DNA of 64,000 bases from Promethearchaeota archaeon (GCA_019057865.1 JAHLWP010000011.1:1-64000), one strand, 5' to 3'. Positions 9,946 to 20,169 are shown, counted from the stretch's first letter. Translations and numbers: made by a program. Notes: generated by a model not told the origin, from the letters alone.

Positions 9946-10116
9946 ATGACTTCTAATTTTAAACACTTAGGTCCATTATTAGAAGAAACACGTACTCAAG
10001 CAGTTTGTGAGATATGTAAGAATTTTATCTATAAACGTGTTTATTTCGATGAAAATTCTAAGGAAAAAAGAAAAACTGTCTTTGTTTGCAAAAATTGCTT
10101 AAATAATAATAAGTAA
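9946..10116 (+). CDS. Small CxxC...CxxC zinc-finger protein (not in ORF track)
   Basis: 56 aa, MTSNFKHLGPLLEETRTQAVCEICKN...VFVCKNCLNNNK; starts 4 bp after the Alba stop. Confidence 0.7.
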   Translation: MTSNFKHLGPLLEETRTQAVCEICKNFIYKRVYFDENSKEKRKTVFVCKNCLNNNK

Positions 10117-10135
10117 TAACTTAAAATCTTCTGTT

Positions 10136-10921
10136 TTAACGTTCTTTAGCTTTTATTTTACTTCTTTTATCAATAAACTTATTCCAATCAAATGCCAGAA
10201 TGAAAAACATGATGGTAAGTGTAGCTATAAGCATTAAAGCTTCAGTTACCACGCTTGAAACATCATTAAGTTCGACTTCAGAAGCAGAAATTCCTAAATT
10301 AATCAAAATAGGAAGAAAAACATAAAATAAGGTTGTAAAATTTTTACCAATCCATCCAAAAAGAAGACACTTAAAAAAATTTATTTTTTCCTTTGACATT
10401 CCTAAAGCTATCCATAGCGGATCATCTGGAATTGGAAGAGCTGCTGCTATGAATATATATAGATACATACTTTTTGGATGTTCTAAAACTAATCTTCCAA
10501 ACCCTTGAACATTTTCAAAAGTTTTTGATTCTGATATTGAAGCAATTTTCTGAGCTCCTCTTCCCAATAAAAAACTTGTAAGTTCACCTAAAGCAGCACC
10601 TAGCCCACCAGCGATCCCAAGACCAAAGATTAGTATTAAACCACTATGCCCAAATTCTGTGATGATTGAATTTGAAAAGAAAAAGAGTATAAAGGGAAAT
10701 GGCACAGGAAATCCGATACTAGCACTTCCAAGAAGACAAATAATAAGGGAGATAAATAGTGCCCAAAAATAATTTGTACCTTCTGTTATATATGCTAATT
10801 TTTGTCTTGAATTATTAATAGCATCTTGAAAATCAGGGACAAATAAATATAATAATAAGTAAATTATAACGCAAACATAAAATAGTAGAAATACAATTGA
10901 AAGTCTTCTCGAAACAGCCAT
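10136..10921 (-). CDS. DedA/VTT (SNARE-associated) family membrane protein
   Basis: GFPVPF, GGLGAALGELTSFLLGR, LPIPDD..IALG; several TM segments. Confidence 0.8.
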   Translation of the reverse strand: MAVSRRLSIVFLLFYVCVIIYLLLYLFVPDFQDAINNSRQKLAYITEGTNYFWALFISLIICLLGSASIGFPVPFPFILFFFSNSIITEFGHSGLILIFGLGIAGGLGAALGELTSFLLGRGAQKIASISESKTFENVQGFGRLVLEHPKSMYLYIFIAAALPIPDDPLWIALGMSKEKINFFKCLLFGWIGKNFTTLFYVFLPILINLGISASEVELNDVSSVVTEALMLIATLTIMFFILAFDWNKFIDKRSKIKAKER

Positions 10922-10947
10922 GTTTAAAACTAAGTTTTTTGTTTAAT

Positions 10948-11334
10948 CTATACTCTAAGAATTTTAGTATTTAATCCATTCCTTGCTTTTAATAATAATT
11001 CGAGATTACTCATAACTTTTCCTACTATATTCACCTTATTTGACATTTCAAGAGCTTCTATAGTTATTATTAATTCATCGTTTTTAGGATTATATACAAT
11101 ATCCCCCTCTTTCACTTCTGAAACTGATTTAGGATTTAGTCCTTTATAAATTTCTATACCTGGTAGTGTCCAGTATTTTTTAGAGCCAAAGCTAAATCGT
11201 CCACGAAGAATAATAGGCAGTTTATTAATTATAGCGTCTGCAGAAAAAGGTGCTATATGCCGAATAAGATGACCCTCTAATGCCCCAATACCGAATAATT
11301 CGATTTTTATAGGTATTTGTCCTTGATCTGTCAT
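10948..11334 (-). CDS. Cyclophilin-like fold protein
   Basis: AP.SA.AI..KLP, EVKEGDIVYNP and VNIVGKV pattern. Confidence 0.65.
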   Translation of the reverse strand: MTDQGQIPIKIELFGIGALEGHLIRHIAPFSADAIINKLPIILRGRFSFGSKKYWTLPGIEIYKGLNPKSVSEVKEGDIVYNPKNDELIITIEALEMSNKVNIVGKVMSNLELLLKARNGLNTKILRV

Positions 11335-11440
11335 ATTTTATAAATAAAGTAAATACAAATTTATATATTATAGCAAAATGAAAATCATTTTAAACTTCAA
11401 AAATTGAGCTTTAAAGTATGAATATTCTTTAAATTTTAAT

Positions 11441-11455
11441 AAAAACATTTAAATA
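11441..11455 (+). promoter_or_regulatory. Archaeal BRE/TATA promoter for the putative ncRNA
   Basis: A-rich BRE-like run followed by TTTAAATA (11448-11455), ending about 24 nt before G11479, where the 5' closing helix begins. Confidence 0.55.
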
Positions 11456-11478
11456 GTCAAATTGTTATATATTTAATT

Positions 11479-11955
11479 GGATGGATAATAGGTCTAATAA
11501 TGCATTGGAGTAGTTACATAAAATCAAATCAAATAACGACAAATTTGTAACAATATTTCTAATGTAATCGTTATTTCCGACAATATTTTTTTATTTGATA
11601 TCTCAAGGAGTAAATAAATACTCTGTATCTTTTCTAAAGTTATTTCATGATGTTCCTATAGTGTCTAATACAGTAGAGCTTAATATAATCATCTAGGCGA
11701 GCACTTTAGAGTAGTTTTAATGGATTTACGCTCATATCACTAATGAAAATAGAGACTCACAGACTTTGTTACTCAAATTCTTGTCGAGCGTGTATTTTTT
11801 TTTTTGAAACACGAGACATTAAAACAGAGTCTAACATTAAAAAATGAGTGCTAAAGAATAGGAGCTTTGATTACAGATTTGGTTCATAGGGTATAATATC
11901 GTTAATTCCTTACTTACTACAAATCTGAGTAATATCTGAGTTCCTATTGTCCATC
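11479..11955 (+). ncRNA. Putative large structured non-coding RNA (~480 nt), family unknown
   Basis: No ORF in the track. 5' GATGGATAATAGG pairs with 3' CCTATTGTCCATC. At least 8 nested internal helices, with G-T wobbles on the + strand. Kink-turn near the 3' end; TATA upstream; T12 tract immediately downstream. Confidence 0.65.
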
Positions 11956-12807
11956 TTTTTTTTTTTTAATATTATAATTAGACAAATCCAATTTAGAATC
12001 AATATCAGAAAATTCAAATCTATTATCAATTTCAACGGCAATTATTTTTTCTCCATTACTAATCATATAATTAATAATTTCCCATATTGTGTTTACTGAG
12101 ACTTTTCCTTTTAATTTTAAAAACTCACTCACTATTTTGAAATTAAATAAGAATACTGGTATTGCTTGCCTTATAAACTCTATATCTTGAAGAACTCTCA
12201 AATCTTCTTGTTTAATTGCTCTTAAAAAGGTTTTCGAATTTTTTCTTTCAATTTGGATAATTGATATGAACTTGGGGGATTTTTGAATAATCTTGTTATG
12301 TTTTTCTTTTAAAATATTAACTTTTATTTTTCTGTAAAAAATTATTGGATATTCTTGAATGAGATTAGAATTATTCATTAGTGTAATAATAAGTTCATTT
12401 AGAAGGTTAAACTCAAATATTGTGTCTCCAGGAATTACGAGAAATAGATTACTTTTCTTAAAAATCATGTTATTTTTAGTTATAGATAAGAATGAATATA
12501 AAGGACCTAACTTATAATCAATACCTGAATCAATAATTAATAATTTATCTGTTAGAGATTTTTTTGTTTTTTTAAGTAAAGAAATAAATTCATCAATTTG
12601 ATATCCTAAATGTCCTTTAATTACTACTATTTGGTTTATTCCTAGCTTTATAAAATTATTTATGGTATGATGTAAAATCGTATTATTATTTAATGATTTA
12701 ATTTTTAATAATGGTTTTGGTAAATTTTGAGTGATTTCCTTGAAGCGTGATGCTTCCCCAGCACACAATACAACCACCTTGACCTTTTCAATTAATGTCT
12801 TCATCAT
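11944..12807 (-). CDS. Sugar-phosphate nucleotidyltransferase (NTP transferase) family protein
   Basis: VVLCAGEASRF..ITQNLPKPLL, PGDTIF, DIDS. Start moved to MMKTL, just after the map stop. Confidence 0.8.
   Translation of the reverse strand: MMKTLIEKVKVVVLCAGEASRFKEITQNLPKPLLKIKSLNNNTILHHTINNFIKLGINQIVVIKGHLGYQIDEFISLLKKTKKSLTDKLLIIDSGIDYKLGPLYSFLSITKNNMIFKKSNLFLVIPGDTIFEFNLLNELIITLMNNSNLIQEYPIIFYRKIKVNILKEKHNKIIQKSPKFISIIQIERKNSKTFLRAIKQEDLRVLQDIEFIRQAIPVFLFNFKIVSEFLKLKGKVSVNTIWEIINYMISNGEKIIAVEIDNRFEFSDIDSKLDLSNYNIKKKKDGQ
11956..11967 (+). terminator. Oligo-T terminator of the putative ncRNA
   Basis: T12 run directly after the 3' strand of the closing helix. It also encodes KKKK of the convergent CDS on the - strand. 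Confidence 0.5.
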
Positions 12808-12814
12808 CGAAAAA

Positions 12815-13732
12815 TCATTCTTTAGTGGTAACAATTGTATTCCCTTCCTTATCAATTACTATTGTGTGCTCTTGTTGAGCTACGGGTTCACGAGTTCTTT
12901 CTATTAAAATAGTATATTTATCAAGGATTTGTTTTCTTAGAAAATCGTTAACAATTCTCATTATTCTATTCTTAGGTATTAAATTGTTATTTTCAATCCA
13001 TCTTGGTGAAAATGGAAGTCGCCTAAAGTTTTTTTCAATTTTATTCATATAGTTTTGTAGCTCATAGGGCATATTTTTCTTTACTTTTTTAACAAATCGA
13101 TATATATAGGCATGATCTCCATTTTCAACTAATCCTTCTCCTGAAGTTGCAAATGGTTCACATGCAAATGCATCTCCAGATTTTAATATATTGTTATGCC
13201 TTTTTTCCAAATAATTTGGTATAAATGGGCCTGCATGGAGATTATATTGTTTCAATTCATGACCGCCAAGATTTCTAATTGGTTTTAAGCCATAGCTTTT
13301 AATTTTATCTTCAATTGCACCTCCTAACTCATATAATTTTGTACCCGGCTTAAATAGAGCAATTGCAGCTTCAAGACCTTCTTCTGCCGCATCTATATAA
13401 TTTTGTAGCTTTGGATCTCCATCAATATTTATTGTAAAAGCAGAATCTGCTATATAACCGTTAAAGTGAGACCCCAAATCAATTTTTAATAAACCTCTTT
13501 CTGGAACAATAGTATCATCATCAATTGGCGGACTATAGTGGGCAGTTATCTCATTTAAAGACATATTAATAGGAAAAGACAAATTTGCACCGTTTTTTAT
13601 AATTTCAGCTTCACATTTATTAGCAATTTCTAAAAACAATGCACCAGGATGAATAATTTTCCTTGCTAACTTCTTGGCAGCTATTACTGCTTTTCCAGCC
13701 TTAATATAATCTTGAATATAATCTTCACTCAT
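12815..13732 (-). CDS. map: Type II methionine aminopeptidase
   Basis: AHYSP, KIDLGSHFNGYIADSAFT, NLGGH, EPFAT, QEHT. Confidence 0.95.
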   Translation of the reverse strand: MSEDYIQDYIKAGKAVIAAKKLARKIIHPGALFLEIANKCEAEIIKNGANLSFPINMSLNEITAHYSPPIDDDTIVPERGLLKIDLGSHFNGYIADSAFTINIDGDPKLQNYIDAAEEGLEAAIALFKPGTKLYELGGAIEDKIKSYGLKPIRNLGGHELKQYNLHAGPFIPNYLEKRHNNILKSGDAFACEPFATSGEGLVENGDHAYIYRFVKKVKKNMPYELQNYMNKIEKNFRRLPFSPRWIENNNLIPKNRIMRIVNDFLRKQILDKYTILIERTREPVAQQEHTIVIDKEGNTIVTTKE

Positions 13733-13775
13733 AATTTAATTATTTTTAAGGTTATTAATTTTAGATTTTAAAAAA

Positions 13776-15095
13776 TTAAGGAGTTAAGCGATCTGGAGTC
13801 CGCGGATAAAATATTGATTCCCGAATATCATCTAATCCACATAAAAAAGTGATCCAACGGTCTATCCCTAAGCCAAATCCAGCATGAGGTGGCATTCCAA
13901 AATCAAATGCTTTAAGGTGGGACTTAAAAGATATAGGATTTAAGCCTTTAGATTCAAGCGCAGCAATTAAGTGATCTTTATTATGGACTCGCGTTCCACC
14001 TGAAGTTAATTCAAGCCATCCCATTTGTAAGTCGAAAGATTCACTATATGTTGGATTTTTAGAAGGCATAATATAAAATGGCTTTATTATCATTGGCCAG
14101 TGAGTAATGTAATAATATTCTGTTAATTCATCCCCTAATTTACGATAAGCTTCTGTAGATATATCTTCACCCCATTCTATATTTAGACTAAATTTTTTTT
14201 CTATTAGTTCAAGGATCTCATCATATTTATATCTGGGAAAAGGAATTTCAGGAATAATAGTCTTATTCTCCATATTTAGAAATTTTAAAGCAGTAATTTG
14301 ATTTTCTCTGATATCCTTAATAACGGTATGAACTAGTTCTTCTAATACCGTAAGAACATCATACATATTTGAAAACGCTATCTCAACATCTAAAGTAAAA
14401 ATTTCACATACATGTCGCCTGGTACGACTTTTCTCTGCCCTGAAAGCTGGGCTAATTTCATAAACCCGTTCGTAAACACCACTAAGTTGTTCTTTGTAAA
14501 GTTGAGCAGATTGTGTTAAAAAAGCTTCTTTATCAAAATACATTATCGGAAATAATTCTGTACCTCCTTCTGTGGCAGAACCAATTATTTTTGGAGTTGT
14601 TATTTCAGTGAAATCTCTCTCAATTAGAAATTTTCTAATAGAATTTAACACCTGACCTCTAATATCAAAAATTGCTTGATTTCTCTGTGATCTTAAATCT
14701 AAAGGTCGATTATTCAATCGCAAATCTAATTCAGATATAGTTTCCCCTGTCATATCAATAGGAAGTTTTTCAGGGGTTTTATTTAGAATTTTAATATCTG
14801 AGGGGATTATCTCGATTCCTCCTGGAGCTTTTTTGAATGTTTTGACTTTACCTTTAACCATAATGCAATATTGATATCCAAGCTTAGCTTTTTCAAACAG
14901 CTCATCGGAAATATCACCTTTTTTTAAAGTAATTTGACGTTCTCCGTATTTATCCTGAAGATTTATAAACTTTAAACCACCCAAATCTCGATAATTTCTA
15001 ACCCATCCACCTAATATAACTTCTTGACCATCTAATTCAGGAGAGACGTCTTTAGTATAATGTGTTTTTCTCCAATCACCCAACTCATCCAGCAT
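13776..15095 (-). CDS. aspS: Aspartyl-tRNA synthetase (archaeal type, possibly non-discriminating)
   Basis: [45 protein letters not shown]. The KAPGG Pro loop is typical of ND-AspRS. Confidence 0.95.
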   Translation of the reverse strand: MLDELGDWRKTHYTKDVSPELDGQEVILGGWVRNYRDLGGLKFINLQDKYGERQITLKKGDISDELFEKAKLGYQYCIMVKGKVKTFKKAPGGIEIIPSDIKILNKTPEKLPIDMTGETISELDLRLNNRPLDLRSQRNQAIFDIRGQVLNSIRKFLIERDFTEITTPKIIGSATEGGTELFPIMYFDKEAFLTQSAQLYKEQLSGVYERVYEISPAFRAEKSRTRRHVCEIFTLDVEIAFSNMYDVLTVLEELVHTVIKDIRENQITALKFLNMENKTIIPEIPFPRYKYDEILELIEKKFSLNIEWGEDISTEAYRKLGDELTEYYYITHWPMIIKPFYIMPSKNPTYSESFDLQMGWLELTSGGTRVHNKDHLIAALESKGLNPISFKSHLKAFDFGMPPHAGFGLGIDRWITFLCGLDDIRESIFYPRTPDRLTP

Positions 15096-15183
15096 TATTC
15101 TGTATCCATTTGTATTTTTTTATAATTAATTTTGCAAAAAGTTGAATAAAAATTAAATTTTTGCCATCTTATTAAGTGGTAAT

Positions 15184-15417
15184 ATGGTAAAATTTAATTG
15201 GGAAGGCAAAAGAAAAGCTATTAAATTTCTGAATTCACTGGAACATGAAAAAAAATACGAGTTTAAAGTAATCGAATCAATAATGTCTCCAATAAATGAA
15301 AATATTGAGCTGGACTCTAATTTAATTTATCAAAATGTTAAAAAAGAATTAAGAAATCTTAAAAAAGAATACAGTTGGGAAAACCAGCTTTATTGGGGAG
15401 ATAATTATACGAAGTGA
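15184..15417 (+). CDS. Hypothetical protein
   Basis: 77-aa ORF, no motif recognised. Confidence 0.45.
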   Translation: MVKFNWEGKRKAIKFLNSLEHEKKYEFKVIESIMSPINENIELDSNLIYQNVKKELRNLKKEYSWENQLYWGDNYTK

Positions 15418-15523
15418 TGATTGGGTTCAGGGTTTTGGTAATAATTCCACCCTACGCTTGAATAAAATTATCGAATTAAGCGATTTGTTTCGCATAAGTA
15501 ATAGAAATTTTTAAAAATTCTTT

Positions 15524-16000
15524 TTACTCATCTGAGTTGAGGTTTTCTAGACCTTTGGTATTAGGAATCGGGTCATAAACCTTAAAGATAGTATTTATTG
15601 CTTTATTTAATTCGTTAATGACCTGTTCCGGAGTTCCATCTGTTATAAAATATTTATTTTTTATTATTGTGTTTCCTTTTTTAATTTCAGATCCAATGCA
15701 TTTATACTTTAATATATTAGCTAAAATATGAAATAACCTATACGGTAATTTAGGTGTAAATTCATATAATTTTAACCCGTCTTTCAAATTGTGACTTAAG
15801 TAAAATTTTTTTATACCGTTTTTCAATATATTGGGGTTATATCCATATCCAAATGCTAGCTTTGGTTTGGATTTTTGATCTAATTGAATAAGATTTTCTT
15901 CTTTCATATTTTCTTTAATGTTGTTATTTTCCTTCTCTTTAGATGTCCAATTAGACAAATTTCCTTGTTTTGTCGTATTTGACTCCTTTTCTGACTTCAT
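15524..16000 (-). CDS. Hypothetical protein
   Basis: 158-aa ORF divergent from the RM gene. Confidence 0.55.
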   Translation of the reverse strand: MKSEKESNTTKQGNLSNWTSKEKENNNIKENMKEENLIQLDQKSKPKLAFGYGYNPNILKNGIKKFYLSHNLKDGLKLYEFTPKLPYRLFHILANILKYKCIGSEIKKGNTIIKNKYFITDGTPEQVINELNKAINTIFKVYDPIPNTKGLENLNSDE

Positions 16001-16176
16001 ATAAGTATATTTTATGTTACAGAAATAAAATATATTTATTTATTAATCCCTTATTTTACTGATAGATTAATAATTATTTAAAATGCCTGTTTGTTTTTTT
16101 AAAAATATATATAAAATAGTAAATTAATAATAATTTTGAGAAAAAATTCCAGTAATATAAAAGTTATAGCTTAATA

Positions 16177-19100
16177 GTGGGTTTTTTGATAAAGAATACA
16201 GGTATAGAGAGAGTTCTGGCTGATTTAGATTCATTATTTAAAGAGAAAGAAATTAATGCTCAGGATTTTCAAGATTTTTTGGATAAAGTAAAAAGCGGAG
16301 AAGTGAAAAATTATTTAGTAGCTTTAAGCAAGGGGTCAAAACCAGAACAAGCATTAAGAGAAATATTTTTTACATTTAATTCTAAGTTTGCTAAATTTTT
16401 ATTTAAAGATGTCTTTCCTGAAGTAAGCCAAGAAGGAGGTTTTATAGACTATTTAATCAAGGAAAATAGAGAAGAAATTGGTCTTGAGATAAAGCCTCTC
16501 TATAAAGGGGTTTTTAAAAAGGAAAGATCAGGAAAAATTTTTTCTAAAATTAAGAAACTACAATTAAATCCTGAAGATCATAAAAAACAGATTCAAAAAT
16601 ATCTTAAAGGAAAAAGGGATTATGTTGTATTAACTAACTTGGAGGTTTGGTATTTTTATAGTAAGACATCATTATTAGATCAAAAATATACTCCTTTTAC
16701 TCAAGTTAATTTGTTTGAATTGTTGAAAGATTTTTCACAAGTTGAGGATTTTTGGCATTATTTGGATGTTCAAGAAGATTTATCTATTAAAGAACCATTA
16801 GATAATAGATTTTTTGTAAGTTTGAAAGACTGGGTTTCTGAGCTTAGTAGTGTTAAATTTACTGTTGATAATAAGAAGAAAACTGAATTAATTATAAATT
16901 TAATTAATAAGTTTATCTTTATTCAATCTTTGGATAGCTTTTGGGTAATTAGTAAGCACTACATCGAAGAAGAATGGAAAAGTATTGAACGTAAATGGAC
17001 AGCAAAGAATAAACAGCGTATTTTAAGAAAATATTTAGAAGATATTAATGAGTATTTTTATGAATTATACGATACAGAGTTATTTAAAATTGCTGAAGAA
17101 AATAAGACAATTTTAGATTTTATTGATCAAAATCAGGATAACATATTACTTCTTTATCAGAAATTTAAATTAATATTAGGTATTGAATATGGGGTATCAA
17201 CTAGTTCTTGGATGCCTGGAATTATTCAATATAATTTCCGAAGAATTGATGAGGATATTTTAGGTAAATCTTACGAGACTTTTTTAGCAGAAATTAGAAA
17301 GGAACAGGGTATATTTTATACCCCTAAATATATTACACAGTTTATTATAGATAATACAATAAAAAAATTCTTTGATGGGAATTTATCACTATTTTCTGAT
17401 TCATTAAAAAAGAAAGAATATGATAAATGTCATGAGTTATTAAAGAAGATTTTTCACTTTAAGATTTTAGACCCTGCATGTGGCTCAGGGTCATTCTTAA
17501 TTAAAGCGCTAAAAACTATCTGGTCTGGATACAAATCTTTAATTCAAACTATTGAAGAGATGTATGAAAAATATAGCAATTTTCAAGGGACAATTATTAG
17601 ATCTCCTGATATCGAAAGCGAATTCCAAGAGATTCTAAAAATAAAAAGCCTTCTTAATTTTCAAGATAAACGGAGATTCATTTCAAGTATAATTATTCGC
17701 CATATTCATGGTGTTGATTTAGATTCTAATGCAATTGAGGTTGCAAAGTTAAATTTATGGTTAGAGGCTATTAAGTTGGCCCCTAAAGAATTCCATTTTG
17801 ATCAAGTCCCTGCCAACACAAACCATATATTACCAGATTTAGAAATGAATCTCTGTAATGGTGATTCTTTAGTAGGATTACCTGATCAGCAAGCTCTTGA
17901 TATTATTTATTCTGATTATAAAAATGAATTAAAAAAATTATTTGAACTACGAGATAAATACATAAATGACCCCGCAAACATCGAATTGGTAAAAAAAATT
18001 GTTGATATTAAATCAGAAATAAAAGAGAAGTTAAATACCTTTTTTATTGATTTTTTAAAACAAAATAATATTAATTTAGATATTCAAAATCATACAATAC
18101 CGTTTTATTGGGCATTAGATTTCTGGTATGTCTATTTTGAAAAAACAATTGAACGAAAGGAGCCAGAAGAGCAAGGGTTTAATGCTATAATTGGCAATCC
18201 CCCGTATTTTTCAATTAGGGGAAAAGGAACCGGTACTTTAGTACAGGCTTATAATTACGACTTTCTTCAGAATGCTTCACATTGGAAAGCTTTTTTTAGA
18301 AGCCAGTCAGATATATATTATTATTTTATAATTTTATCAATAAATTTATTACAACAATCAGGGATTTTTGGCTTTATCATTGAATCCTATTGGATTGAAA
18401 ATGATTATGCTGATAGGTTAAAAGATTGTTTATTAGCAAATACAAATATTATATTATTACTTAATTTTGGTAAAGTTAAAAAAATATTTGAGGATGCTGA
18501 TAATGATACCTGTATTTTGATTTTTGAGAAGGAGCAAGAAGCTGAACAAAAAATTATTTACGTCTATTGTAAGAAGAATTTTTCTATAGGTTCATTACAT
18601 CAAAATAACCAGAAGTTAATTTCTCATATAGTTAAAAAGATATCTAAAGAAGATTTCTCGGATGACTATATCGATATTTATAAAATTAATCAAGAGAGTT
18701 TAGGAACTTCAAAATGGATTTTATCAAAATCAAGCAAAATAGATATTATTAGTAAAATAGAGTCCAATAATGAAACACTTGGAAACCTGTGCGAGATTGG
18801 ACAAGGTGTGGTCCCCGGTAGAAAGAAAGAGTTCACTATTTCGCGAGAAGAGACTAAAAATACTGGAGGTTATTGGAGAAAAATTGAAGAAGAATATATT
18901 GAAGTTATTGATAATAAAGAAAGAAAATCTCATAAGATAGAAATTCTATTTATAAAACCATTAATCACTAATAGTGGTATTAAGAAATATTATTTAATTG
19001 AAAGTGATGAATATCTTGTATATACTGTCCCATTACAGGATGGACGATTCAATATTGACGACTATCCTGGAGTATTGAGTTATTTAGAAGTATATGAAGA

Positions 19101-20169
19101 TAAATTAAAGGAGAGATATGATTATGACGATAAAGAAGAGAAATATCCTTGGTATGGATATCAAAGAATTCAAAATATAGAGTTGTTTGAAAATTCCAAT
19201 ATAAAAATTTTATGTCCATATCGAGCTCCCGAGAATAGTTTTGCGCTAGATGAAATTGGTTATTTTGGAACTTCAGATATGTATGCAATTACTCCCAAGA
19301 ATAACTCTCAAATTGATTTAAATTATCTTTTGGGAATTTTAAATTCTAAACTATTAACATTCTGGTATAAAATAGCAGGAAAATCAAAGGGTCTTATTTG
19401 GGAGTTTTTTGCGACGCCTTTAGGTAGAATGCCGATATATATAGCTTCAGATAAAGAACAGGCTAAATTAGGCAGAATTGTCTCACATATATCGAGGAGG
19501 AAAAAATTATTCGTTGCTTTTTATCAGATTTGGATTGAACTTTCTGAGAAGTATAGAAATGGGACCAAAACATTTAAGAAACTTGTTCTTGATGACAAAA
19601 TAAAAATTCAGAATGGTGAATTTGATGAAGTATGGATATCAGATATTAATATTTTTCCTGATGGTGAAGAAGAAGTATTATTTACGGAATTCAATCAATT
19701 TAAATTAATTATAGATTGTAATTCTACTTTGGAACTTTACGGAATTAAAGGTGTTGATGAGATACCTTTACTGATTTTTGAGACCAAATTACCAGAATTT
19801 AGAGATATTATATATCTTGAAATATTACAATTACTAAATTCAAGAAAAAGGGTTAAAAGCTTAAATGATATTTTCTCAAAGACTATTATTTCTGTAATTA
19901 AACCAAATATTTGGGAAAAATCTTTTAATTTAATTAAATATGCAAGAGCTAAATTTATTGCTAGATACCAATTAAGAATTAAAGATCCAATTCATTTGGA
20001 TACTATGATTCAAAATTCTAAAAATTTAGTAGACGCTTACGTATTTAACTATTACAATTTATCTCTATCTGAAATAGAAAGCATATTAAACTCATTAAAT
20101 ACCACTAAGAGTATAAAAGATGATATTATAAAGAAATTCAATAGAGTAGAAGAAATACAGGCTCTTTAG
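16177..20169 (+). CDS. Type IIG (Eco57I-like) fused restriction endonuclease / N6-adenine methyltransferase / TRD
   Basis: N-terminal D...ExK nuclease (FIDY..GLEIK, VLTN), GIFYTP, LDPACGSGSF (motif I), GNPPY (motif IV), TaqI-C-like YLLGILNS region. Confidence 0.9.
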   Translation: MGFLIKNTGIERVLADLDSLFKEKEINAQDFQDFLDKVKSGEVKNYLVALSKGSKPEQALREIFFTFNSKFAKFLFKDVFPEVSQEGGFIDYLIKENREEIGLEIKPLYKGVFKKERSGKIFSKIKKLQLNPEDHKKQIQKYLKGKRDYVVLTNLEVWYFYSKTSLLDQKYTPFTQVNLFELLKDFSQVEDFWHYLDVQEDLSIKEPLDNRFFVSLKDWVSELSSVKFTVDNKKKTELIINLINKFIFIQSLDSFWVISKHYIEEEWKSIERKWTAKNKQRILRKYLEDINEYFYELYDTELFKIAEENKTILDFIDQNQDNILLLYQKFKLILGIEYGVSTSSWMPGIIQYNFRRIDEDILGKSYETFLAEIRKEQGIFYTPKYITQFIIDNTIKKFFDGNLSLFSDSLKKKEYDKCHELLKKIFHFKILDPACGSGSFLIKALKTIWSGYKSLIQTIEEMYEKYSNFQGTIIRSPDIESEFQEILKIKSLLNFQDKRRFISSIIIRHIHGVDLDSNAIEVAKLNLWLEAIKLAPKEFHFDQVPANTNHILPDLEMNLCNGDSLVGLPDQQALDIIYSDYKNELKKLFELRDKYINDPANIELVKKIVDIKSEIKEKLNTFFIDFLKQNNINLDIQNHTIPFYWALDFWYVYFEKTIERKEPEEQGFNAIIGNPPYFSIRGKGTGTLVQAYNYDFLQNASHWKAFFRSQSDIYYYFIILSINLLQQSGIFGFIIESYWIENDYADRLKDCLLANTNIILLLNFGKVKKIFEDADNDTCILIFEKEQEAEQKIIYVYCKKNFSIGSLHQNNQKLISHIVKKISKEDFSDDYIDIYKINQESLGTSKWILSKSSKIDIISKIESNNETLGNLCEIGQGVVPGRKKEFTISREETKNTGGYWRKIEEEYIEVIDNKERKSHKIEILFIKPLITNSGIKKYYLIESDEYLVYTVPLQDGRFNIDDYPGVLSYLEVYEDKLKERYDYDDKEEKYPWYGYQRIQNIELFENSNIKILCPYRAPENSFALDEIGYFGTSDMYAITPKNNSQIDLNYLLGILNSKLLTFWYKIAGKSKGLIWEFFATPLGRMPIYIASDKEQAKLGRIVSHISRRKKLFVAFYQIWIELSEKYRNGTKTFKKLVLDDKIKIQNGEFDEVWISDINIFPDGEEEVLFTEFNQFKLIIDCNSTLELYGIKGVDEIPLLIFETKLPEFRDIIYLEILQLLNSRKRVKSLNDIFSKTIISVIKPNIWEKSFNLIKYARAKFIARYQLRIKDPIHLDTMIQNSKNLVDAYVFNYYNLSLSEIESILNSLNTTKSIKDDIIKKFNRVEEIQAL

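Noticed and set aside
11727-11835. TCACAGACT...GAGTCT resembles group I intron P7 (R/S) elements
   Set aside because: Only about 25 nt lie between the would-be P3 and P7, leaving no room for P4-P6; there is no Q element and no flanking exon.
11479-11955. RNase P RNA, SRP RNA or SECIS identity for the structured region
   Set aside because: No GAGGAAAGUCC-like or terminal conserved RNase P motifs, no SRP helix-8 motif, and no upstream + strand UGA-containing gene. A very divergent member cannot be excluded without a covariance-model search.
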